Shown: one piece after another, positions 9,251-18,539 of the stretch | How positions within the stretch are numbered: position 1 is the first letter of the stretch | How the letters are laid out: each line of letters begins with the position of its first letter | Assembly (NCBI GenBank): GCA_963715985.1 | Contig: CAVQSP010000013.1 | Coordinates: forward strand, 576,001-640,000 | Reading direction: 5' to 3' | Origin: an uncultured Thermoleophilia bacterium | GTDB lineage: Bacteria > Actinomycetota > Thermoleophilia > UBA2241 | Length of the DNA stretch: 64,000 nt | Notes under the pieces: generated by a model | What the model saw: only the letters and a program-made list of their open reading frames with translations | What the model was told of the DNA's origin: nothing | Database searches by the model: none | Program-made: the position numbers and the translations under genes

Positions 9251-10075
9251 TCACGCGGTGGGCGTGCCGTCCCCCGGGCCCGCCGACCCGCTGACATCTC
9301 CGTACAGTTCCGGGCGGCGGTCGACGAAGTAGGTGTGCCCGCCGCCGTCGCCGGCCCGGACCTCGTCCACCAGGGCCGCGTCGAGGTCCGCGTACAGGAT
9401 CTCGTCACCCGCAGACGCTTCGGCCACCACCGTACCGCGCGGGTCCACGATGCGACTCATGCCCAGGTAGTCGCCGCGCTGGCCCGGCCCCGCGGTGTTG
9501 GCGGCCGCCAGGTAGCAGCCGTTCTCGAGCGCGCGGGAGACCGTGACCGTGCGCCAGATGTGCTCGCGGCGCGCCGCGAAGGCGGACGGCGCGAGCAGGA
9601 GGCGCGCGCCGCGCAGGGCCAGTACGCGCGCGATCTCGGGGAAGCCCAGCTCATAGCAGACCAGCGTGCCGGCCGGCCAGCCGGCGAGCGCGCCGGTCCA
9701 GAAGCCGGAGCCGGGTGCGAACCACTCCTTCTCCACCTGGAAGAGGTGGGTCTTGGCCGCGACGAGCGACGCCTGTCGCGGTCGTAGCACCGCCACGGCG
9801 TTGAGCAGCGCCTCGCCCTGCATCACCGGCAGGCCGAGCACGGCGCTCACGCCGAGCTCGTCCACGGCGGCCTGCAGGCGCGGCAGCGAGCGCCCGGCCT
9901 GCGCGGCCTTGAAGGCCAGCTGCTGGTCGAGCACGTAGCCGCCCAGGTAGAGCTCGGGGAAGAGGACGAGGCCGGCGCCGGCCTCGGCGCACGCCTGTAG
10001 CGTGCTCAGGCAGTGGGCCGCGCGCGCCGGCACCTCGGCGGCCACGTCGCGGACCTGGACGACCGCGAGGCGCAC
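9251..10075 (-). CDS. Carbon-nitrogen hydrolase (nitrilase/amidase family)
   Basis: Start re-called at GTG 10075; E-K-C triad motifs LFPELY, KTHLF, VCYELGFPE; SRALENG; DRRPELYG. Confidence 0.92.
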   Translation of the reverse strand: MRLAVVQVRDVAAEVPARAAHCLSTLQACAEAGAGLVLFPELYLGGYVLDQQLAFKAAQAGRSLPRLQAAVDELGVSAVLGLPVMQGEALLNAVAVLRPRQASLVAAKTHLFQVEKEWFAPGSGFWTGALAGWPAGTLVCYELGFPEIARVLALRGARLLLAPSAFAARREHIWRTVTVSRALENGCYLAAANTAGPGQRGDYLGMSRIVDPRGTVVAEASAGDEILYADLDAALVDEVRAGDGGGHTYFVDRRPELYGDVSGSAGPGDGTPTA

Positions 10076-10079
10076 GCGC

Positions 10080-10748
10080 TCAGGCTCCCGGCAGGCCCCA
10101 GAAGCGGCGCTCGTCCAGCGAGTCGCCGGGCTCCACGACGATGAACTCGTCGTCGTACGGCCCGCCCATGAGCTTCTCGAAGAAGCGCAGCGAGCCGGTG
10201 AGCGGCTCCAGGGGGAGGTCGTAGAAGGCGCACACCTCGTCCAGGTACGCGCGCTTGTCTGCGACACCGGGCACGCCGGGTGTCTCGATCACGGCCACGC
10301 GCGTGTAGTGCTCCATGATCATGCGGGCGACCATGGCCGCCTTCTCCTCGCCGAACTTGGGCACGATCTTCAGGTACTCCTTGTAGGGGTCCTGGATGAA
10401 GTCGATCCACCCGCGCGTGTAGTAGTAGGTGCCGGGCTGGGCGCGGTGCTCGGTGAGGTAGTCCTCGCGCGAGCCCAGGACGAGGGAGATGCAGTCGTCC
10501 ACCGCCGGCAGCACGAGGCGGTGCGGGCCGGCGTCCAGGCCGGCGGCCCCGTTGCTGCAGCGCCCGCAGCACAGCAGGATCTCGCGCTCGCCCTCGGTGT
10601 CGTCGATGCGCTGCTGGATGGCGGCGCGCATCTTGTCCGGGTAGTCGTGCAGCGCGCCCTCGAAGAAGTCGACCTCGTAGCCCGGGTTCACGCACTCCAC
10701 TTCGTTGCGCAGCACTTCGCAGCTGATGATCTTGCGGTGACGGTCCAT
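10080..10748 (-). CDS. DUF1638 domain protein (often associated with corrinoid systems)
   Basis: IISCEVL...GALHDYPDKMRAAIQ...CGRCSNG...DDCISLVLGS...PGTYYYTRGW; likely leaderless (TGcTACCAT-6 nt-ATG). Confidence 0.82.
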   Translation of the reverse strand: MDRHRKIISCEVLRNEVECVNPGYEVDFFEGALHDYPDKMRAAIQQRIDDTEGEREILLCCGRCSNGAAGLDAGPHRLVLPAVDDCISLVLGSREDYLTEHRAQPGTYYYTRGWIDFIQDPYKEYLKIVPKFGEEKAAMVARMIMEHYTRVAVIETPGVPGVADKRAYLDEVCAFYDLPLEPLTGSLRFFEKLMGGPYDDEFIVVEPGDSLDERRFWGLPGA

Positions 10749-10912
10749 GCGCTCATGGTAGCAGGCCCCGGAGGCCCGGTCGTCCCGCGGCAGACGTGTG
10801 CCCCGCCGTCTCGCCTGCGGTAGCATGGGCAGCGCTCTTTCGCGCAGGGCTACGATGTCGCGCGCGGGCGGCGGAGCGCCGCCCGCGCGCGTGAGCTACC
10901 CGGGAGGATCTC

Positions 10913-11767
10913 GTGAGTGTGGACAAGGTGCTTGTCGCAGGAGCCGGCCAGATGGGCGCCGGCATCGCCCAGGTGTCGGCCGTGGCCGGCCTGGACGTCG
11001 TCATGACCGACGTCGCCGAGGAGTTCGTGGAGCGCGGCCTGGCCGGCATCACGAAGGGGCTCGCACGGCTTGTGGAGAAGGGCCGGATGGAGGCTGCTGC
11101 CCGTGACGCCGCGCTCGCGCGCATCACGACGAGCACGGACATCGCCGCCGGCGCCGACGCGGACCTCTTCATCGAGGCGGCGCCGGAGTCCATGGAAATC
11201 AAGGAGGACCTGCTCGGCCGCGCCGCCGCCACGCTGCGCGAGGACGCGATCCTCGCCACCAACACCTCGAGTCTCCCGGTGAGCAAGCTGGCGGCCTTCG
11301 TGACCGTCCCCCAGCGCTTCGTGGGTATCCACTTCTTCAACCCACCGGCGGCGATGGCGCTGGTGGAAGTCATCCGCGGCGAGAAGACGAGCGACGCGAC
11401 GATGGCCGCGGCGCGCGCCTACGCCGAGGCTGTGGGCAAGACGCCGATCAGCGCTTCCGACTCACCCGGCTTCGTGGTGAACCGCATCCTCTTCCCGATG
11501 ATCAACGAAGCGGCGCGCGAGTACCAGGAGGGCGTCGCCAGCGCCGAGGACATCGACACCGGCATGAAGCTCGGCGCCAACTGGCCCATGGGCCCCCTGG
11601 CGCTCGCCGACCTCGTCGGGCTGGACACCACGAGCGCCATCCTCGCGAGCCTCGCCCGTGAGCTGGGCGAACCCAAGTTCGAGCCGGCCGCGATCATGGG
11701 CGAGCTCGTGGCGGAGGGCAAGCTCGGACGCAAGAGCGGCGCCGGCTTCTACGAGTACGGCAAGTGA
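10913..11767 (+). CDS. hbd: 3-hydroxybutyryl-CoA dehydrogenase
   Basis: GAGQMGAGIAQ, ATNTSSL, GIHFFNP, DSPGFVVNRIL, PMGPLALADLVGLD, GRKSGAGFYEY. Confidence 0.93.
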   Translation: MSVDKVLVAGAGQMGAGIAQVSAVAGLDVVMTDVAEEFVERGLAGITKGLARLVEKGRMEAAARDAALARITTSTDIAAGADADLFIEAAPESMEIKEDLLGRAAATLREDAILATNTSSLPVSKLAAFVTVPQRFVGIHFFNPPAAMALVEVIRGEKTSDATMAAARAYAEAVGKTPISASDSPGFVVNRILFPMINEAAREYQEGVASAEDIDTGMKLGANWPMGPLALADLVGLDTTSAILASLARELGEPKFEPAAIMGELVAEGKLGRKSGAGFYEYGK

Positions 11768-11774
11768 CGTCGTA

Positions 11775-12303
11775 GTGAGCCCCGTCGCATCAGGGATACG
11801 TCCAGGTCTATACCGGCGACGGCAAGGGCAAGACCACGGCCGCTCTCGGCCTCGTGCTGCGCGCCCTCGGCCAGGACCTGCGTCCGGCGGTGCTGCAGTT
11901 CATGAAGTCCGACCCCGACTGGGGCGAGATCGTCACGCTGCGGCGGCTCGAGGTGCCGGTGGTGCAGTGCGGCCTCGACCACTGGGTGCTCAAGGGCAAG
12001 GCCACCGACGACGACCGGGCCGCGGCCGCTGAGGGTCTGGCGCGGGCGCGGCGCCTCGTGGAGAGCGGCGACTACGACGTCGTCGTGCTGGACGAGCTCT
12101 GCACCGCGCTCTCGTTCGAGCTCGTCTCCCTCGACGACGTCCTCGCCCTGCTGGCCGCGCGGCCGCCGGGAGTGGAGCTGGTGCTCACCGGCCGCGGCGC
12201 GCCGGAGGCGCTCGTCGCGGCCGCCGACCTGGCCACGGAGATGCGGCCGCTCAAGCACTACTACGAGGCCGGCGTCAAGGCGCGCCCGGGCATCGAGTTC
12301 TAG
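11775..12303 (+). CDS. cobO: Cob(I)alamin adenosyltransferase CobO/BtuR (1-nt indel near the start)
   Basis: YVQVYTGDGKGKTTAALG lies in frame upstream of the track ORF; LQFMK, YDVVVLDE, ELVLTGR, ADLATEM..KHYY...ARPGIEF. Confidence 0.92.
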
Positions 12304-12313
12304 GAGTCGCGGC

Positions 12314-12445
12314 GTGACGCACACCCTCATCTATCCGCACACCACCGTCCACAACGCCGCCGGCCACCTGGAGATCGGCGGCTGCGACGTGGTGGACCTG
12401 GCGCACGAGTACGGCACGCCGCTCTTCATCTACGACGAGCAGACG
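12314..12445 (+). pseudogene. Truncated duplicate of the first 44 codons of lysA
   Basis: 132 bp identical to 13309..13440 except 2 substitutions, then abrupt divergence. Confidence 0.9.
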
Positions 12446-12696
12446 GAAGGTGGCCACGCGAGCGACGAAGGTGAGACGGCGCCTGCGGAGAGCTTCTGAG
12501 CGCGAGCAAGCGCGGTGGCCTGCGAGTGGCGAACGCCGCGCGGTCGTCACGGCACATGGTTTCGCCGATGAGGCGTGCGGGGGAAGACGTGACGGTGGCA
12601 CGGTCTGGCGGGCGAGTGCAGGGTCGCGTCACAGGTCGATGACGGGCGACGGTCGCGCACAGGCCGCCGCGTACGACTGGGACCAGGGAGGCCGCC

Positions 12697-13125
12697 ATGG
12701 CGTACACGATCATCGCGGGCTTCGACGACTCCGCAGCCTCTAGGGCGGCCATCGACATGGCGGTCGTGATGGCGAAGAGGTTCGAAGGCCGCATCGTCGT
12801 CGCCTGCGGACTGGCGCCCAACTACGCGCCCCGACGCGTCATCGAGCACGAGTTCCAGTGGGAAGAGACGCGTCAGGCCTGTGAGCTGGGCATGCGCGAG
12901 GTCATCGACGGCTGTGGCGATGCCTGCCAGCTCATGGAGGCAGTGGCGGTGCCGCTCTCTCCCGTGGACGCACTCGTGGCCTTGGCCAAGGAGCGCGAAG
13001 CGGACTTGATCGTGATCGGCACCAACGGCGAGAGCAGGGTGAAGGGTCTGCTCATGGGCTCAACGGCCTTCGGCGTCATCCAGCGCAGCCCGGTGCCGGT
13101 GCTCGTGGTGCCACCGTCCGCTTGA
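12697..13125 (+). CDS. Universal stress protein (UspA family)
   Basis: TIIAGFDDSAASRAA...ADLIVIGTNG...LLMGSTAFGVIQRSPVPVLVV; RBS ggagg. Confidence 0.92.
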   Translation: MAYTIIAGFDDSAASRAAIDMAVVMAKRFEGRIVVACGLAPNYAPRRVIEHEFQWEETRQACELGMREVIDGCGDACQLMEAVAVPLSPVDALVALAKEREADLIVIGTNGESRVKGLLMGSTAFGVIQRSPVPVLVVPPSA

Positions 13126-13292
13126 CGGCGTCGCCTCTGCGGCCCTGGGGCCGTGCGCCTTGCCGTGGCTTGAGGAACCGAGTGTAGTCGCGGATCGGCG
13201 CTCTCCGTTCGGCCGCACGGTCGGCGGGCGCCGTGTCCGCGAAGCCGGCGGGCCTCCACGGGCGGCCCCGCTCCGGGACGCCAGGTCCCGGA

Positions 13293-13301
13293 TGGTAGGA
13301 T
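13293..13301 (+). promoter_or_regulatory. Extended -10 promoter, probably giving a leaderless lysA transcript
   Basis: TGgTAGGAT then 7 nt to the GTG start; no SD sequence. Confidence 0.5.
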
Positions 13302-13308
13302 TGCCGCC

Positions 13309-14628
13309 GTGACGCACACCCTCATCTATCCGCACTCCACCGTCCACAACGCCGCCGGCCACCTGGAGATCGGCGGCTGCGACGTGGTGGACCTGGCGCA
13401 CGAGTTCGGCACGCCGCTCTTCATCTACGACGAGCAGACGCTGCGCGACCAGTGCCGCGCCTACCACACGGCGTTCGGGGCGCTCACCGACCTCTACGAG
13501 ATCGTCTACGCGAGCAAGGCCTTCAGCTGCCGCGCCATGTGCGAGCTCGTCGCCCAGGAGGACCTCTCCCTGGACGTGGCCACCGGCGGCGAGCTGGCCG
13601 CCGCCCGCGCCGCCGGCTTCCCGCTGGCGCGGGTCTACTTCCACGGCAACAACAAGTCGCCGGCCGAGATCGAGTTCGGCCTGGACCTGGGCATCGGGCA
13701 CTTCGTCGTCGACTCGTTCGAGGAGATCGACCGCCTGGAGAGCGCCGCCGCGGCGCGCGGACAGCGCCAGGACGTGCTCGTGCGTGTCACGCCCGGCGTG
13801 CGCCCCAACACGCACGACTTCATCCAGACCGGCCAGCAGGACAGCAAGTTCGGCTTCGGGCTGGCCGACGGTCGCGCCCACGAGGCGGTGCGGCGCCTGC
13901 ACGACGCGCCGCACCTCGAGCTCGTGGGCGTGCACGCCCACATCGGCTCGCAGATCTTCGAGATGGACTCGTACCGGCGCGAGGTGGAGGTGCTCTTCGT
14001 CGCCATCGACGAGTGGCGCCGCGACTTCGGCTTCGTGTGCTGCATCTTCAACATCGGCGGCGGCCTGGGCATCCGCTACACCGCCGCCGACCAGCCCAGC
14101 TCCATCGCCGAGTTCGCCGCCGTGAGCGTCGAGGCGGTGCGCGACGGCGCCGAGCGGCACGGCCTGCCCGTGCCCAAGCTCTTCGTGGAGCCCGGGCGCA
14201 GCATCGCCGGCAAGGCCTGCGTGACCGCCTACACGGTGGGCACCGTGAAGGAGATCCCCGGCGTGCGCACCTACGTGGCCGTGGACGGCGGCATGAGCGA
14301 CAACCTGCGGCCCATGCTCTACGACTCGCGCTACGAGGCGATGCTCGCCGACAAGGCGCTGGCGGAGGAGACCGAGGTCGTGACCATCGCCGGCAAGCAC
14401 TGCGAGTCGGGCGACGTGCTGGTACGCGACGTGCACATCGCGCCGCCGGAGGCGGGCGACATCCTCGTCACGCCGAGCACCGGCGCTTACGGGTACGCCA
14501 TGGCCAACAACTACAACGCGCAGCCGCGCCCGGCCGTGGTCATGGTGGCCGGGGGCGAGGCGCGCGTGATCATCGAACGAGAGACCTGGGACGACGTGCT
14601 GCGGCTGCAGCGCCCCTTGGGGCACTGA
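13309..14628 (+). CDS. lysA: Diaminopimelate decarboxylase
   Basis: YASKAF (PLP Lys), HGNNKS, DSKFG, HAHIGSQI, EPGRS, GKHCESGD. Confidence 0.97.
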   Translation: MTHTLIYPHSTVHNAAGHLEIGGCDVVDLAHEFGTPLFIYDEQTLRDQCRAYHTAFGALTDLYEIVYASKAFSCRAMCELVAQEDLSLDVATGGELAAARAAGFPLARVYFHGNNKSPAEIEFGLDLGIGHFVVDSFEEIDRLESAAAARGQRQDVLVRVTPGVRPNTHDFIQTGQQDSKFGFGLADGRAHEAVRRLHDAPHLELVGVHAHIGSQIFEMDSYRREVEVLFVAIDEWRRDFGFVCCIFNIGGGLGIRYTAADQPSSIAEFAAVSVEAVRDGAERHGLPVPKLFVEPGRSIAGKACVTAYTVGTVKEIPGVRTYVAVDGGMSDNLRPMLYDSRYEAMLADKALAEETEVVTIAGKHCESGDVLVRDVHIAPPEAGDILVTPSTGAYGYAMANNYNAQPRPAVVMVAGGEARVIIERETWDDVLRLQRPLGH

Positions 14629-14656
14629 CCGTCCTGCGATTCCGGAGGGCATCACT

Positions 14657-15934
14657 GTGGAGAAGGTAGGGATCGGGCTGCTGGGGTACGGCACGGTGGG
14701 CTCCGGCGTGGGCAAGCTGCTGGCCAGGAACGCCGACGACATCACGCTGGCCACGGGCAGACAGGTCTACCTCAGGCGCGTCCTCGAGAAGGACCCCGGC
14801 TTCAGCGCTCCCGGGCTGGACCCGGCGCTGCTCACCACGCGCTTCGAGGACATCATCGAGGACCCCGAGATCGACGTCGTGGTCGAGCTCATCGGCGGGG
14901 TGGGCGCGGCCCTCGACTTCCAGCGCCGCGCCCTCCAGGCCGGCAAGAACGTGGTGACGGCCAACAAGCAGCTCCTGGCGCAGCACGGCGCCGAGCTGTT
15001 CGAGGCGGCCGAGGAGACCGGCGTGCACCTGCGCTTCGAGGCCAGCGCCGTCGGCGCCGTGCCGGTGATCAAGGTCCTGCGCGAGTCGCTGGTGGCGGCC
15101 GAGGTCAAGACGATCTTCGGCATCGTCAACGGCACCACCAACTACATGCTGAGCGCGATGGCCGAGACGGGGGCCGACTACGACGACGTGCTCAAGGAGG
15201 CCCAGCGCCTGGGCTACGCCGAGGCCGACCCGACCGAAGACGTGGGCGGCAAGGACGCGGCCGCCAAGATGGCGATCCTCGCCTCCATCGGCTTCCACAG
15301 CCGCACGCGCCTCGGCGACGTGGACTACGAGGGCATCACCGGCGTCACCGCCGTGGACATCGCCCACGGCAAGCGGCTCGGCCTCGTGGCCAAGCTGCTC
15401 GGCGTGGCCAAGCTCATCGACGGCAGCATGAACGTGCGCGTGTACCCGGCCTTCATCCCCAGGACGCACCCGCTGGCCGGCGTGGTGGGCGCCTACAACG
15501 CCGTGTTCCTGGAGAGCGACGCCTTCGACAAGATCATGCTGTTCGGCCCGGGGGCCGGCAGCGTGCCCACGGCCTCGGCCGTGATCGGCGACATCATCTC
15601 CGTGGTGAACACGGTGAAGGGCAGCTTCGTGCAGAACTGCCTGTGCTACAAGGAGCGGCCGTTCTTCCCCGCCGCCGACATGGTGTCGAGCTTCTACCTG
15701 CGCATGCAGGTGAGCGACCAGCCGGGCGTGCTGGCCAAGATCGCCGCCCTGTTCGGGGACCACGGCGTGAGCATCGCCTCCATGGTCCAGGAGGGCGGCG
15801 GCGAGGCGGCCGAGCTGGTCCTGCTGCTCCACCCGGTACGCGAGGCGCAGTTCTTCACCGCCCTGGAGAAGATGAAGACGTTGCCGGAGGTGCTCGGCGC
15901 CCCGGCCTACATCCGTGTCGAGGGCGAGGGATGA
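14657..15934 (+). CDS. hom: Homoserine dehydrogenase with C-terminal ACT domain
   Basis: GLLGYGTVGSG, VVTANK, GIVNGTTNY, GYAEADPTEDV, GPGAG; DQPGVLAKIA ACT domain. Confidence 0.97.
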   Translation: MEKVGIGLLGYGTVGSGVGKLLARNADDITLATGRQVYLRRVLEKDPGFSAPGLDPALLTTRFEDIIEDPEIDVVVELIGGVGAALDFQRRALQAGKNVVTANKQLLAQHGAELFEAAEETGVHLRFEASAVGAVPVIKVLRESLVAAEVKTIFGIVNGTTNYMLSAMAETGADYDDVLKEAQRLGYAEADPTEDVGGKDAAAKMAILASIGFHSRTRLGDVDYEGITGVTAVDIAHGKRLGLVAKLLGVAKLIDGSMNVRVYPAFIPRTHPLAGVVGAYNAVFLESDAFDKIMLFGPGAGSVPTASAVIGDIISVVNTVKGSFVQNCLCYKERPFFPAADMVSSFYLRMQVSDQPGVLAKIAALFGDHGVSIASMVQEGGGEAAELVLLLHPVREAQFFTALEKMKTLPEVLGAPAYIRVEGEG

Positions 15935-15948
15935 AAACCCGCCGCAGG

Positions 15949-16075
15949 CAAGCTTTCGAGCGGGGCGCCGCAGGTGCACAGCTCCGTACCCCCGTAGAAA
16001 GGCCGCCGAAGGCGCGCCTTCGTGCGGGGCGGCGCAGCAGCACCGCACTCAAGCTATCGAGCAGGGCGCCGCAGG
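15949..16075. repeat. Two 26-bp direct repeats (2 mismatches) 101 bp apart between hom and pfk
   Basis: caagctttcgagcggggcgccgcagg (15949) and caagctatcgagcagggcgccgcagg (16050). Confidence 0.75.
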
Positions 16076-16102
16076 CGACCGCTCTCCAACCAGGAGGCAG
16101 CC

Positions 16103-17302
16103 ATGAACAAGGGTCCCAAAGGCCGCATCGGCATCCTGACGGGCGGCGGCGACATCCCGGGTCTCAACCCGGCCATCCGCGGCGTGACCATGCGCGCGCT
16201 GCGCGAGGGCTTCGACGTGGTCGGCATCCGCCGCGGTTGGGCGGGACTCGTAGAGCTCGTGCGCGACGAGAGCGCCGACCTCAGCCCGTACTGCATCCCG
16301 CTCACCGAGGACATGGTGGAGGCCAACGCCTACAAGGGCGGCACCTTCCTCCACTCCTCGCGCACCAAGCCCAGCGCCGTGCCCGCCAAGGACGTGCCGG
16401 CGCACATCAAGGACAAGTACACGGCGGAGAAGAACGACCTCACCGACGAGGTCATCGCCAACCTGCAGTTCCTGGGCGTCGACTATCTGGTCCCGATGGG
16501 CGGCGACGACACCCTGAGCTACGGAGTGGAGCTGGGACGGCGCGGATTCCCCGTGGTCGCCGTCCCCAAGACGATGGACAACGACGTGCCCGGCACCGAC
16601 TACTGCATGGGCTTCAGCACCTGCGTGTCGCGGACCATCGAGATGGCGCGCCAGGTGACGAGCTCGGCGGCGTCCCACGAGCGCATCGTGGTGCTGGAGG
16701 TGTTCGGTCGCTACGCCGGCTTCACGGCCTTGCTGCCCACGCTCGCCGGCGCCGCCGACCGCTGCCTCATCCCCGAGTACAAGTTCGACATGGAGCGCCT
16801 CACCGAGCTGCTGGTGGCCGACCGCAACGCGCACCCGGACAAGTACTCGGTGTGCCTCGTCAGCGAGGGCGCCATGCCGGAGGGCGGCGACATGGTGTTC
16901 GAGTCCGGCGAGAAGGACCAGTTCGGGCACGCCAAGCTGGGCGGCATCGGGCCGCGCGTGAGCGCCAAGATCAAGGAGCTCTCGCCCAGGTACAACGGCG
17001 GCCAGAAGATCGACATGATCAGCATGAACCTCGGCTACCTGGTGCGCAGCGGCGCCCCGGACGCCGTGGATGCCATCGTGCCGACCGTGTACGGCAACCT
17101 CGCCGTGGACTGCATCCTCAGGGGTGAGACCGGGCGCATGGTGGGCCTGCGCGACGGCAAGTACGGGTCGGTGCCGATCGAAGAGGTCGTCTCGACCAAG
17201 AAGGTCGTGGACGTGGAGCGCTGCTACGACACCGAGCGGTATCGTCCCCGCTACGACGGGCTCGCCGGGCTGCCGATGCTGGTGCTCGGCGGTTCGGTCT
17301 GA
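16103..17302 (+). CDS. pfkA: 6-phosphofructokinase, probably pyrophosphate-dependent
   Basis: ILTGGGDIPGLNPAIR, GGTFLHSSR, GGDDT and PKTMDND (Asp and Lys signature of PPi use), LEVFGRYAGF; RBS aggagg before ATG 16103. Confidence 0.92.
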   Translation: MNKGPKGRIGILTGGGDIPGLNPAIRGVTMRALREGFDVVGIRRGWAGLVELVRDESADLSPYCIPLTEDMVEANAYKGGTFLHSSRTKPSAVPAKDVPAHIKDKYTAEKNDLTDEVIANLQFLGVDYLVPMGGDDTLSYGVELGRRGFPVVAVPKTMDNDVPGTDYCMGFSTCVSRTIEMARQVTSSAASHERIVVLEVFGRYAGFTALLPTLAGAADRCLIPEYKFDMERLTELLVADRNAHPDKYSVCLVSEGAMPEGGDMVFESGEKDQFGHAKLGGIGPRVSAKIKELSPRYNGGQKIDMISMNLGYLVRSGAPDAVDAIVPTVYGNLAVDCILRGETGRMVGLRDGKYGSVPIEEVVSTKKVVDVERCYDTERYRPRYDGLAGLPMLVLGGSV

Positions 17303-17313
17303 CGGGGGGACGC

Positions 17314-18520
17314 GTGGACGGGAGCGACCTGCTGCGGCGGCGCCTGCTGCTGGTGCCCGACGGCATGGCCGACGAGCCCCAGGCGGCGCTCGGCGGTCGC
17401 ACGCCGCTGGAGGCGGCGCACACGCCGTTCATGGACGGGCTGGCGCGCGGCGGCGTGGTGGGCCGCGCGCGTACCGTGCCGGAGGGCATGCCGGCCGGCA
17501 GCGACGTGGCCAACCTGGCCGTGCTGGGCTACGACCCGGCGGCCGTGTTCACCGGGCGCAGCCCGCTGGAGGCCGCCAGCATCGGCGTGACGCTCGGCCC
17601 GCACGACGTCGCCTACCGTCTGAACTTCGTCACCGTCAGCGGCGGGGTGATGAAGGACAACACCGCCGGGCACATCCCCGACGACGAGAGCCGCCGCCTC
17701 GTCGCGGCGCTGGCCGATGCGCTGGGCGGCGGCCCCTTCGAGTTCCACCCCGGCGTCAGCTACCGCAACCTCATGGTGTGGCGGGGCGGCGAGCTGGTGC
17801 CGTGCACGCCGCCGCACGACATCCTCGACCGGCCCGTGGCCGGTTGCCTGCCGGGCGAGGCCGCCGGCTGCGGCGGCGCGGACGGCGCCCGCGCGCTCGG
17901 CGACCTGCTGGCGCGCGCCGACGAGGTGCTCGCCGGCCTCCGCCCGGGCACCAGCGCCTGGTTCTGGGGCGAGGGCACGGCGCCGCGCATGCCCGCGTTC
18001 AAGGACCTGTACGGCCTGCGCGGCGCCGTGGTGGCAGCCGTGGACCTGGTGCGCGGCATCGGCCGCCTGGCCGGGATGGACGTGCTCGACGTGCCCGGCG
18101 CCACCGGCGGTCTGGACACCGACTACGGCGCCAAGGCGCGCGCCGCCATCGGCGCCCTCGAGGACCACGACCTCGTGTGGGTGCACGTGGAGGCGCCCGA
18201 CGAGGCCGGTCACATGGGCGACCTGCGCGAGAAGGTGCGCGCCATCGAGCGCGTCGACGCCGAGGTGCTCGGGCCGATCATGCAGTCGGACATGCACCCG
18301 GCGGCGCATGGTGCTGCCCGACCACTACACGCCGCTGGCCACGCGCACGCACTCGGACCCGCCGGTGCCGTTCGTGGTCAGCGAGCCGGCGCCGGGCCTC
18401 GGCGGCGGCGGCGCCATGACGTTCGGCGAGTCGGACGCGGCCGCGACCGGTCTCCTCGTGGACAGCGGACCCGAACTCATGCGGCTCTTTCTGGAGACGA
18501 CGGGGCAGACTTTCGGGTAG
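17314..18520 (+). CDS. apgM: Cofactor-independent phosphoglycerate mutase, ApgM type (frameshift ~18300)
   Basis: PDGMADEP...TPLEAA, GSDVANL..LGYDP, GRSPLEA, HVEAPDEAGH, then in another frame VLPDHYTP..RTHSDPPVPF. Confidence 0.88.
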
Positions 18521-18539
18521 GGGGCCCGGCTCCGAGACC

